DNA of 64,000 bases, taken from Amoebophrya sp. A120 (Eukaryota; Protista; Dinoflagellata). The position numbers and the translations under genes were made by a program. The stretch is from contig CAJINV010000030.1 of assembly GCA_905178155.1 (NCBI GenBank), positions 111,727 to 175,726 of the forward strand, written 5' to 3'. The notes below the pieces were generated by a model. The model worked only from the letters and a program-made list of their open reading frames with translations, was not told the DNA's origin and searched no databases. Below, piece by piece: positions 11,145-21,733 of the stretch; position 1 is the first letter of the stretch; the number at the start of each line of letters is the position of its first letter.

Positions 11145-13704
11145 ATGGCACTGCAGCAACCGAACCCACCGTGCGGGGACGACTTGGCTTTGTTGTTGTC
11201 GAAAATTGTACTGCATTTGCCGTACGACGCCAGTGCAGTGGATCCGGAATTCGCCTCCTACCTTCGCGAAAACGCATTGACGTGTGTTGTGGTCGGGAAA
11301 TGGCAGACCAGCAACCTCGAGCAACTGAAAAACCACAGTCTGGCTGCGAAAGCAGCCGGCTTGGCAACGAGAACAAGTGCTGGTGGCGGCATCGATCGCA
11401 ACAACCCGTTCGCGCGGGCGGGGCAAAAGGCGGGCAACGCGGATTCCACCCCCGCAGCGTCGGAAGGGGGCGTCGCGTACTACTGCAGCCGTGTGCAGTC
11501 CCGCAGCTTCGGTTTGTCCATGGTCGCGGTGAAGCAGATTTCGGGTTCCAAAACCGCCACTTCCAAGACGGAGGAGCCCGCGTACCTGGAGCGCAAGCGG
11601 CTGCAGGTGCTGCGTATCCAGTGCAAAAGTATCGTTGCAATTGCTTTTATGCATTACAAATCTTTTTTGTAAGGCAAATCCGCATTACAAATTCAATTTG
11701 TAATGCTGAGCCAATGTGTATTGCAATTTCTACTAGTACGATACTTTGCAATGCATACTGCGCCTCGCGTGGGAGGATGGGTTTCCGTTGGACCTGCGCG
11801 AGATCGGCGTGAACCCTTACACCAAAACCGTGTCCTTCACGTTGCGCGACCAGGCGCCCCTCAGCCGCGGTGCCTTTCCGTATGCAGTGCAAAAGTATCG
11901 TACTACTTCTACAACTCGTATAAAAATGCATTACAAATTTCCTCAGCATGAGAAAAAACTTTGTAATGCAGATTTACCGTACCCGTAACAAAACAATTAG
12001 TAATGCATGATTGCAATACGAGTACGATACTTTTGCAATGCATATTCCGGAGCACGAGCTGAAGCGGGCCGTCCGCGCGAGCGCCCGGGAGGAACGGGTC
12101 GCGAGGAATGAGAGGGGGAACGAAACCGCGGTAGGTGTGGCAAAAGCATCGTACTCTAGTTCTAGTAGAAATTTTTACGAATACAAATTTTTCGCAGAGA
12201 TGAAGAAATGCAATTTGTAATTCGGATTTGGGTAAGAAACAACAAGGTTTGGATTTGTCATGAGTACGATCCTTTTGCATTGCATACGCAGACCAGGCCT
12301 ACGAAATCCTGCCGCCGAAACGCGTGGCGCCATATGACAGTGCACAACTCCCCCTCCCCCTCATTTGTAATGCAAGATCCCGAATCCTCCAGCTGCTGCC
12401 TCGTAGCACTGTGTGCATGACAAATCCTGGAAGCCCAAACAACACTACACTCCAGTGCAAATTTGTCATGCAAAACCGGCATTCTTTCTAATGCTTGCAT
12501 TGCTGTTCATGCAATACAAATGAGGGGGAGGGGGAGTTGTGCACTTTTATATGCCAAGGCGGTTCTCGACGAGCTCAAGCGCCGGTGGAGGAGCGGAAGG
12601 CCGGCTGGAGGTTGACGGCCGCAAGAATCGAGTACAGCTGCAAAGTATGAAATGCAAAAGCCTCGTACTAGTATAAATTGCATGACAAATTCCCTCAGCA
12701 TGAAAAATGAAATTTGTAATGCGGATTTAGGTTAGAAGGGAGATTTGTGATGCATGATTGCGAATTACTACGAGTACGATACTTTTGCACAGGATACAAA
12801 CCGAGAGTACTAGCAGTGCTCTCGAAGGTCATCTGGTTCATTCCGACGTCGACGTGCATCTTCCCGGGCTGAACTCGACGGCTTTCCAGCAGCTTGCGTT
12901 CCCCGAACGCGGCGCCTTGTTTCTGGAATTCTACATCTTCCGACCGTCGAATAAACAACAGGTGCTGGGCGCCACGGGCGTCTCCGGGGACGTCATCTAC
13001 CACTTCAACTACACCCTGGACCTGTTCAACCTCCGGCGCCGCAGCCGCCAGAAGCTCCCCGGGGAGCTCGGTACGGTGAAAAACCCGCCACTCGCGAAGG
13101 CACCCCGGGCCACCTTCCTGGATATCAAATGCAAAAATGTCTGGGTCTGGAAACTTGTAATGCTGCGTTGGGAATAGTGAATGCTCTGTAATGCACAGGC
13201 AAGCATCAGAAATATCTGTGCTTCTTTGTGGTGCGTTTTTCGCATGACAAACTGCGTTTTTGCAGGACATGCAAAAGGGTCTCTTCTTGGACACGCATCA
13301 CAAACTTTTTGGTCATGCCAGACAAGCATGACAAACTTGCATTCTTCCAGACCCAGACATTTTTGCATTTGATACTGGACTACGGAGAGGAAAATCACGG
13401 CGACGAGCTTTGTTCCTCCCGCCCGCAGCTCTTCGTGCAGGACTGCTTTCGCGTGGAGGAGGCCCAGACCGCGCGGTGGAAAGCCAAGCCCTACCTACGA
13501 CCCTACTGCGAAGTGGAGTTGGAATCTGCAGATCACAGTTTTCAAGCGCCTCGGCAGGGACAGGAAAAAGGACCGTCAGTCGCGGCCTCATCTTCGTCCT
13601 CCAGTCAGGCGGGTCGGCGTGGAGATAAGAAGAGAGTGACGACGGGTACTTCCCAAAATTTTTCGCATTCCTGCAGCAGAGGAACACCTTCACTAGCGAA
13701 ATAA
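11145..13704 (+). CDS. Hypothetical protein, 7 exons separated by 6 introners
   Basis: One continuous frame from ATG 11145 to TAA 13704 after removing each element plus one TSD (junctions QVLR|LAW, AFP|EHE, ETA|DQA, VAP|RRF, LQS|EST, FLD|YGE). Confidence 0.8.
11615..11757. mobile_element. Introner, family A (TIR TA-N5-TGCAAAAGTATCG)
   Basis: Perfect TSD ctgcg; frame restored. Confidence 0.92.
11881..12044. mobile_element. Introner, family A
   Basis: Perfect TSD ttccg; TIR tatgcagtgcaaaagtatcgtac / gtacgatacttttgcaatgcata. Confidence 0.95.
12132..12286. mobile_element. Introner, family A
   Basis: TSD cgcgg/cgcag; frame restored. Confidence 0.85.
12333..12551. mobile_element. Introner, family E (TIR TGCACAACTCCCC...CATTTGTA)
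   Basis: TSD cgcca/tgcca; ~30-bp IR; frame restored. Confidence 0.9.
12646..12796. mobile_element. Introner, family A
   Basis: TSD caaag/caaac; frame restored. Confidence 0.88.
13123..13374. mobile_element. Introner, family B (TIR TA-N5-TGCAAAAATGTCTGGGTCTGGAA)
   Basis: Perfect TSD ctgga; perfect 30-bp TIR tatcaaatgcaaaaatgtctgggtctggaa. Confidence 0.97.
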
Positions 13705-14024
13705 AACTAGAAATGTTTATTTTGTTTTTCATATGACGGCCATGTCATTCGGTTTGGGCTTTGCTTGACGCACCATGAAGGTTTGTTTTGTTTGTACTTA
13801 TTCATTCCTAAGTGTAAGTAGAACTTTGTGCAAAAGCTAAATTAACATAAAACTACAGCTACTGCTACACAACCGTTTTTTATATTCTAGGCACACCAGG
13901 GCGAACCGCAACGAACCCAGCGAGGAGACCTTCAGCCGGTAACTCGAACGAACTCAAGGTACCTGATGACGACGACGACCAGGACCTTTCGCATTACCCA
14001 AGCAACAGCCGCAAACCAGCCTTG

Positions 14025-17000
14025 ATGCGGAGTAGTAGAACCAGTGCAGCGAGGACTTCGCGCCAGGCCCTGGTGAAACTCGCAAGAAAGACGGGGAGCA
14101 CGGCGGACACGGTCCGTAAAAAACCTTCGGGGCGCCCTATCACCGCCTCCACGGGCCGGCACCACAAGTGCTTCCGCATGGCCTGGGCGCTGGGCCGCCC
14201 GCGCGGACTCTCCTACCACTTCGGCAACAGTCGGTCCTTCCAGAAAATGCGGTTTTGGGACCTGGTTCGTTTGAAAACGATCCAGAAAACGCGGCTGCAG
14301 CAGGAGAGCCGCGGGGGAGGTGGTGCCCCCGGAATTATTGCGACAGCGGGTGCAGGAAATGGCAGCAGACGACGCTCTGGCAGGCGGCGGAGGAGCGGCG
14401 ATGAAAGCGAGCGTCGAAGCCAGAACAATGCGGAAGAACGACGTCACCACAATGAAAACGAAAATGATTTTTTCCCGTACTACGCGCACAGAAGGCATCG
14501 GGAAGAAATGGACGCAAATGCCGTGGAGAAGCTACCGTACGACGCAAACTATCCTGGGAGAAATAGCGACTGTCGTGCTCGTCGTCTGATAGTAATTGCA
14601 TGAATCTTGCATGACAGCCGTTCTTGTCTCTGTGTGTCGAATCTGCAACGCAAATTCAGTTTTTCATGATTTCTTTGTCATGCAAATCTTACTAGCACAA
14701 CAGGTTTGCAAAATGCATACGAATCATCCCTACCAGAACTCGGACGTGTACGAGTCTGCGGACCAGGTGAAGAAGTACTACTACCGTGCCATATCCTCTG
14801 CAAAAGTACCGTACTCGTGATAGGTAAATTGCGATATAGTAATTTTTGCATGACAGATTTTGATTTACTGTCATCTTACTTGTTAAATCTGCATGACAAA
14901 CTCGATGTTTCGTATGCAATCATTTGTCATGCGAAGATCAAGTAGTCAGATCTCTACTGGTGCAATACCTTTTGCAAAAATGCATACACCGGCTGGAACA
15001 ACCATCTTCTCAACCCGAATTGGTTTAGCGCGTTTCAAAAAGAGGACTGGCGCGAGCGGGAGTTTTTCGTGCAGAACGCGGCGCTGGCCGACCTCGATCC
15101 GTTTGACGGAGAGCAGGAATCCGAGCCCGACTCCGTGTTCGACGCGGATGACCGGCTCCGTGTATCAAATGCAAACATCGATCTGGGTCCTCTGCAAACT
15201 TGTGATGCGAAAATGTGGATAAATGGAATAAATCGTTCCGCATGCTGCCCAGCATGACAACGCCTTTCGTGGCCGAGAGCGCTTTCTCATAGGCAGTCTG
15301 GATCAGGTGAGTGAGACTGCGTTTCTGCATGACAAAAGAGGCTGCGACTTTTGTTGATTTTATGCAAAAGCAAAACTACAGATTTCCCAGGAATCGGAAG
15401 CTAGCATTACAAGTTTTTCAATTTTTCAGACCCAGACATACTTGCATTGGATACCACGAGCTGGACGACGAACTGGCGCACCTCGCCCAATATCGAATGC
15501 AAATGTGTCTGGGTCGGGAAAGAATGAGATTTGTGATGCATGCTTTCGATCATACAAATTACCACCTGTAGAATTGTGTATGTATTTCTCAACACGCAGC
15601 AGATTTTCAGGTAGGCATGAGAAATAACCTGTCGCACCACTGCAATTATGCTGCATCGCGGGTCATGTAAGATTTGCAGCACATCTCTCATCAATCTTCC
15701 CGACCCAGACAAGTTGGCACCGCACACCCAAGAGAGCGAGGACGACGAGCCGCTGCCCCCGCCGTTCCAAGTGCGGGAAGACCGAGCGAAGACGGCGACG
15801 CGCAACTACCTGAAGCCCTTCTTCTGGTGGGCCGTGCACCGCGCGCTCGACATGGAGGCGGCCCAGGTCGTGGTGCAAAGCTGCGTGGAGCTGGTCCGGG
15901 ACCAGGTTGTGGCGGAGGAGGAGGCCGACCTGGCGACCGCCGTGCTGGACGCCGTCGCGGACAAGGTGGCGCGGAACGTGCTGGACCTCGAGCACGGCAC
16001 CGTCGCCGACGCCTTGGTGCAGCATGCGGTGGACCGTGCGGGCGATCCAACCATATCCTGTGCAGAAGTATCGTACTCGTATTGCAAAAATCATGCATCC
16101 CGAGTCAATCCCCATTACAAATTTTATTTCTCATGCTGAGGATGAAATTTGTATATGCATTTATACGAGTACGATACTTTTGCAGTCCATAGACCAGTGG
16201 CGGCCACGATTTCGCCTCCACCGACCAGATTCTGCAGACCGTCTACGGAAACGCGGTGCACACACTGAGCAACGAGCACAAGGTGATCGCCCGGCGCACG
16301 CTCCACCGCATCTACGACACCGTGGTAGACACACTGCAACTCAACGAGGAGCAGGAGTTCGACGGAGGACAAAAGGAACAAAGCGAACCCAACGGGGGCC
16401 ACCGGAAGGAGGACCTGCTGTTTCCCAGCACCTGGGGAAACCATAAAACGCTCGGTGGAGCAGACGGGGACAGTATCTACAGCATCGACACCTCAGACCA
16501 CCAGTCCATCTGCGTTGTGGGCGACCCAGGACGCCCGAAGCTGAAGTCCGAGTTCGGCCCCTTCACGATCGGGTGCAAGGGAGTTCGCGTGGTCCGGCAT
16601 TATTTCTCCATGGCCGCGGGGGATCGCGACTCGAATTCGTCGTGCGTAGCACAAGAGGACGGAGAGGAAGAGGAAGACACTGATTTATTTCTCAGCGAGG
16701 ACCAACTGCTAGACCGGAAATACGAGGCACAGCGGCGGCGGCAACAGCGAAGACGGGACCGCCGAAGCGAGATTTCTGACGAGCGGGAGGTGCGCAAACA
16801 GGTGATGCGCAACGCGAAGAAGTTTCGGCGCGAGCTGCAGAAGCGGCTCCAGTTCCTCGGGGACGCGCACGGACTCGATATGGCGTTCTCAACTGTTACA
16901 TTCTCAACTGTTACACGGATTTGCTATGCAGAATTGCCATCAGCCTCCACACGATCAAGGTGCTTAGCATGACAAATCCTCGAAGGGCTAAGCAGCATGA

Positions 17001-19454
17001 TAATCCGTTCCAAATTTGTAATGCAAAACGCGCAATCTTTCCGCTTTCACATTTGCTGTTCTTGCATCACACATTCATGTAACAGTTGAGGATGTAACGT
17101 TTGAGAACGCCATACTCGAGCTGCGAAGCTTCGAGCACGACATCTTCGCGTCGGAGTACGGTGTTTTGAACCCGCACCGGCAGCGCCGCGGTCCTTCCGT
17201 CAAAGAGCTGGTTTGGTCCCAGGCGGTGAGGAGAGCGAGCAGTGCCGGGGCGGGGACCGGCGGAAGACGAGTGCGAACCAACTACCCTGATGATGAACCA
17301 CAAGACGAGGGTCGTATTGTGGATGGACAGAAAAACTATCGTGCAACAAACGATCGTGGCGAAGGAAAACATGGTGCTCGTGCTCCACCACGACACGGTG
17401 CGGGGAATAAGCCCGAGGTGAGGAACAAAAGCGGCTTGCAAGATGAAGTTTCTCCGGTCGACGTGCAGGGGCCGATCTACGTCACGCACGCTGCGGACGC
17501 GGTCCCGCACGAGCAGGAAGAGAAACAGGGGAAGCGGGGCAGCAATATCCTGAGTAAAAACAACGTCCCCTCTACCCCAAGGCTGTGCATCATGAAGGTA
17601 GCAAATCTGCATCATGAAGGTAGGTGGTTCTTATGCGGAGCCCCATGAGAATTGTTTTCTAGTCGACGCGCGTCGAAAATTGTGATGCTCCAATGATCAG
17701 CATAATATCTATAGATCTTTGTTGATGTGATGCTGTTGTTGTTGAAGTAGAAGCGAATAACAGGATTGCACTACGAAGCGGCCACAGAACTTGTCATGCA
17801 CAACAACCAAAGCTTGTTGATTTGTGTAGCAGATTTCCCGTCCTGACTACAAGGTGGGGACGTTTTCCCACGGGATAAGCAAGCGCGTGAACAAGCCTCC
17901 GCGTTCGGCGGGCCCGGCTGGGCGGTACGATGAAGACACGGGCCGCCCGCGGAGCTTCAGTAGCTGCTACGACCTTATGGATTGCAAAAATGTCTAGGTG
18001 TCCGGAAGAGTTAGAACTTGCATTTCTTGTTTGGCATTCCTGCTAAATCTGTGTTGCATGTTTGTGGCAGCTGCGCGGATTTTGTGTCAATGAAATGCAA
18101 AAAAGGAGTACTTTGTAATGCGGACGCGCGCTACTCACGCATGAAATAGAAAAAGCGCTGAAATAAATATTTGGCATGCGTGGCTGCACTAGGAAGACCA
18201 ATTTTGGCCATTCAGCATCACAAGTTCATTCCAGACTCAGACCACATATTTGTGATGCATAGACCTGGTAGTACAGCAACACCGCGTGCGCGCGGCGGAC
18301 GCCGAGGGAAGGCAAGGACCGGCGTATCCTGTGCAAAAGTATCGCACTCGTAGTATTTGCAATCATGCATTACAAATCTTTTGCTTAAGGTTAAGGTGAA
18401 TCCGCCGGATTACAAATTTTATTTCTCATGCTGGGGAAATTTTAATTTGTAATGCAATTTATACTCAGTACGATACTTTTGCACTGCATAGGGCGGGAAT
18501 TGCAGCAACTCGTGGTGGTCCAACGAGGAATTTTCAACCAGGCCTGGCGTTCAACCCGGATGAATTTCGCATCCTCCGAGCTAGGAATTGCAAAAGTATA
18601 AAGTAGTACCAAAGCATCGCACTGAAATTGTACTTGTAAAATTGATTATAAAGATAGTCAATCAGTTGCATCTTCTATAGTGCAAGACTTGTACTACAAG
18701 AAGTTCTTGCGTAAAAAAAAGCAATTTTTTGTCAACTACATGCCAGATCAACTAGAAGGATAGATCTGTCACGACGCATCATGCCTGGTGCGATGATCTT
18801 CACTACGAGTGTGCGATATTTTTGCAAAGGATACGAGCCGGGAGGGACCAACTCAAGATGTATCGGGAAGAGGAGGAGCAGGCGAAGGAAAGGGCGAAAA
18901 ACCTCTGTAGAAGTGCCGCGTCAAAAAAAGCCGCGGGTGGCCGGAAGACGGCGTCCAGTACTTGTTCGTTTGATAGATAGTTTCATATTTAAATCAGCTT
19001 AAAAATCGTAGAGTTGATTTGCACTGCTGGACCTGATCCTGATAGTACTGTGTATTCATTTTTCACTACGCACGATCTTCAATCAATTGTGTTTCTTGCT
19101 TGCTACGGGGCGCAGAGACCCCAGACATAGCGGTGACAGTACATGAGGTCATCGTACGTAGCAAGTTGTACTTCTTCTACAGAACTCAAGAAAATGCGCC
19201 GTATACATCAAAGTACCGAATCAGATACAACAACAAAACCAGGTTACTACGACGACCGGAAAACCTACCAGTGGGATGCCCCGGTGGACGTGTTTGGGCG
19301 CGAGAAAGCGGAGATTCTGGCACAGTACAAAGAAAACGAGAAAGCCAAAACTCGGTCCGCCGGCGGTCGTGCGGGTGGGAGTGCGGTGGCAAGCGGTTCT
19401 GCGTGGAAACTGGATCTCGGCGAGGTCGATTGGATGGCGGCACTGCAGATGTAG
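14025..19454 (+). CDS. Large hypothetical protein; 10 introners plus one GT-AG intron (18958-19182)
   Basis: Track ORFs 14022, 14596, 15069, 15648, 16256, 17166 and 19143 join into one frame after removing element+TSD units; 5' start uncertain. Confidence 0.75.
14550..14719. mobile_element. Introner, degenerate
   Basis: TSD caaac/cgaat; IR ctgtcgtgctcgt / actagcacaacag; junction DAN|HPY in frame. Confidence 0.7.
14792..14986. mobile_element. Introner, family A
   Basis: TSD decayed (tgcca/caccg); frame restored. Confidence 0.8.
15163..15453. mobile_element. Introner, family B
   Basis: TSD ccgtg/ccacg; frame restored. Confidence 0.85.
15491..15726. mobile_element. Introner, family B
   Basis: Perfect TSD cccaa; right terminus CA instead of TA. 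Confidence 0.9.
16054..16191. mobile_element. Introner, family A (core reversed relative to 11881)
   Basis: TSD aacca/gacca; frame restored. Confidence 0.92.
16879..17114. mobile_element. Introner, family C (TIR TATGGCGTTCTCAACTGTTACA)
   Basis: Perfect TSD ctcga; perfect 14-bp terminal IR extending imperfectly to ~37 bp. Confidence 0.96.
17546..17877. mobile_element. Introner, family D (TIR TATCC...AAAACGTCCCC)
   Basis: Perfect TSD agcaa; frame restored. Confidence 0.92.
17976..18261. mobile_element. Introner, family B
   Basis: Perfect TSD gacct; frame restored. Confidence 0.9.
18325..18490. mobile_element. Introner, family A
   Basis: TSD cggcg/gggcg; frame restored. Confidence 0.92.
18582..18833. 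mobile_element. Introner, family A
   Basis: Perfect TSD cgagc; frame restored. Confidence 0.92.
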
Positions 19455-20774
19455 TAAGCGAAAGCTGCTGGAAGTGGTAATGGCGTAGCTGTTATTTTTG
19501 GACAAAAGAAGGTCTGTTGCGACGCTCGTGTGAATGAAAGAAACAGAGTCTCTTGACGTTTTGTATTTTTTCTCCGTGAAAAAGAGAAAAAGGAAAAGCA
19601 GGAGTGCCTTGCTGAATAGAATACTTAAAAACACGAACTGCACATCACAAAATGAACAGTCTTTTGTGGGGAATATCTCAACTGAATGAGTTCTGTAAAT
19701 ATCGGCTGGCATCGGTGAATCAAGATCGAGTAGTTGCGCAAGACAAATTTGATCAAAGAAGAAAAAGATCGCGACCTCCAAGAAACTCACTCGAGGCCAA
19801 TATGATTCAAGTAGGTTTTCAACCTCGTGCCAATGCTCTCCCTCGGGATCGCTTGTCTTTTTTTTTAACCGTGACGATATTAACCTTCGTGATTGCATAA
19901 AGTCCGAGGAAGTAGTACTGAGGGATCAAGTGCGAGAGGGACATTACATTTTAGGCTTACTACACGCATGTTTTTTTCATTTTTTCTCAAGCAAGTCTTT
20001 TGTAGGAAATTTAATGGAAAAATGAAAATCCCGCGCCGAACGCAGTCACTTAATAAGGGCGAAGGGAGGACAACGAATATGCTGTTCATTGCCCCTACAA
20101 CTTGAGGGAAAAGTGGGAAAATTGATTTCGACCTGAATCGATAGTCTTTTGGTTTTAAAATGTATGTTAGGGCAGCAGACGGCTGTCCGGGCAGCAGTCT
20201 GCAGTAGTCTTTCGAGTTGTCTGGGGTCGTTCAGGGCTAAGGCTGCAAGAGCGGAATTTTCTACTGTCCTCGCCCTGGTAGTCGTTGTAGTAGGGTATTC
20301 AGAAGCAATAGGAAATTGCTCCTGTGCAGACCGTCGTCGTACCGGTACCGAGAGCGCCGCACAGGTGTACCTGAACCGCTCTCCTAGTTCCACCACGGCA
20401 TCATCATTTCGTTCCATCGAACTTCTTCGAGGTCAGTCAACGACGCCGACCAACCTAGCCTCAGTCAACGACGTTACCACTAGGGTATCAGGGCAGGCTA
20501 TTCCTGCCGCGCGTCGGAGGAGGGAGATGCGCCAAGCCCCGCTCGAACTAATCATCATCATTTGAGGTGGGCGGAACACAGTATTTTTGTATATAGTGCG
20601 TTCACGACTTATGGCAGATTGATAGTACGTGTACGAGTTGCTATGTTGATGCTCGCAACATTTTCTTCTCTTTGTACTTTCGAACAGACTGGTATAATAT
20701 TCCTCGTCAACGAACCGGTTCAGATTGAGCACCAAAGGTAGTACTTCTATCTTCTTGCCCGCGGCCTTACTGGG

Positions 20775-21150
20775 AAGGGGAGTTGGAGTACGCGGACCAC
20801 AGTTTCCAAGCGCCTCAGCAGGGACAAGAAAGAGGATCTTCCGTCGCGGCCACTTCTCGTCCAGTCAAGTGGGTTGGTGTGGAGAGAAGTACCAGGGAAG
20901 TGACAAGAGGCACTACAAGAATTTTTCGCATTCCTGCACCAGAGAAACACCTTCAGCAGCGAAAAACTAGTAATGTTTATTTTGCACTCCATATTTTAAT
21001 TTTAGTTTTTCAAACTTGTGATTGGTCCTTGGTTTTGCTGTGTATCCCTAGGTAGTGATTCGTGCAAAAGCTAAAGCTAAATTCACATAAAACCACACAC
21101 TACAGGGCGATCAACCGCAACGAACCCAGCGAAGCCAGCATCAGCCGGTA
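20775..21150 (+). repeat. Diverged copy of the last exon and 3' flank of the 11145-13704 gene (~13513-13940)
   Basis: Shared blocks cacagttt.caagcgcctc, aatttttcgcattcctgca, aatgtttattttg, aaccgcaacgaacccagcga, tcagccggta. Confidence 0.85.
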
Positions 21151-21733
21151 GTAGTATGGACGAAGTGAAGATGGTGATGCTTTGCAAAGTGCTGCGCGTC
21201 TTCATGTTGCCGGACGCCAAGGAACTGCGCCAGAAAGTCGTCAGCAAACCCTTCAACTTGAGCACCCAAGTTACTTTTATCTTCTTGCCGGCACAGGAGG
21301 TTTAGTTTAGAACAGCACCAGTAGCCTGCCTTTCCCTGTGGCAGTTCCGGCAGCAGCAGTGTCACTGTGGCGGTACGGAGGCAGGAAAGGCATCTTCTAG
21401 CGGCACTACCTAGAAGAAACACTACAACGTGCCGAAAGTGGACTACATCACTGTGGAGTGACGGCAATTAACCGTATTCCCCTTGCTCGTTCAACATCTA
21501 CCACCTCTGCCCACCACTCTCTGGGACACGGCAGCAGAAGGATCACACGCTTCATCATCGATAGAGTCCTAGTGCTGGCCTATTGTGACAAAAAAAACCT
21601 GAACAACGGACACGGAGACCGAAACTACGGGAACACTTTGCGCGCCGGCGTGGATCCCATCTAGAGTCTCTTGAAGGAGAACAACCAGACCACCTCCTTT
21701 GAGTAACCGCAAAACCAAAAGCAGTGGGCGAAG

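Noticed and set aside
11615-13374. Terminal TA read as a Tc1/mariner TA target duplication
   Set aside because: Perfect 5-bp duplications lie outside the TA dinucleotides, so TA belongs to the element.
12695-13398. Recurring short peptides (YPVQKYRTR, FQTQTFL, CLGLEEC) suggesting a small-protein family
   Set aside because: They are translations of introner TIRs.
21458-21733. Stop-codon reassignment suggested by in-frame TAG/TAA upstream of the 21734 gene (TAG also present in the 28.3-kb copy)
   Set aside because: dUTPase, topo II exons and multi-kb ORFs contain no internal stops, so the standard code fits; a decayed duplicate is simpler.
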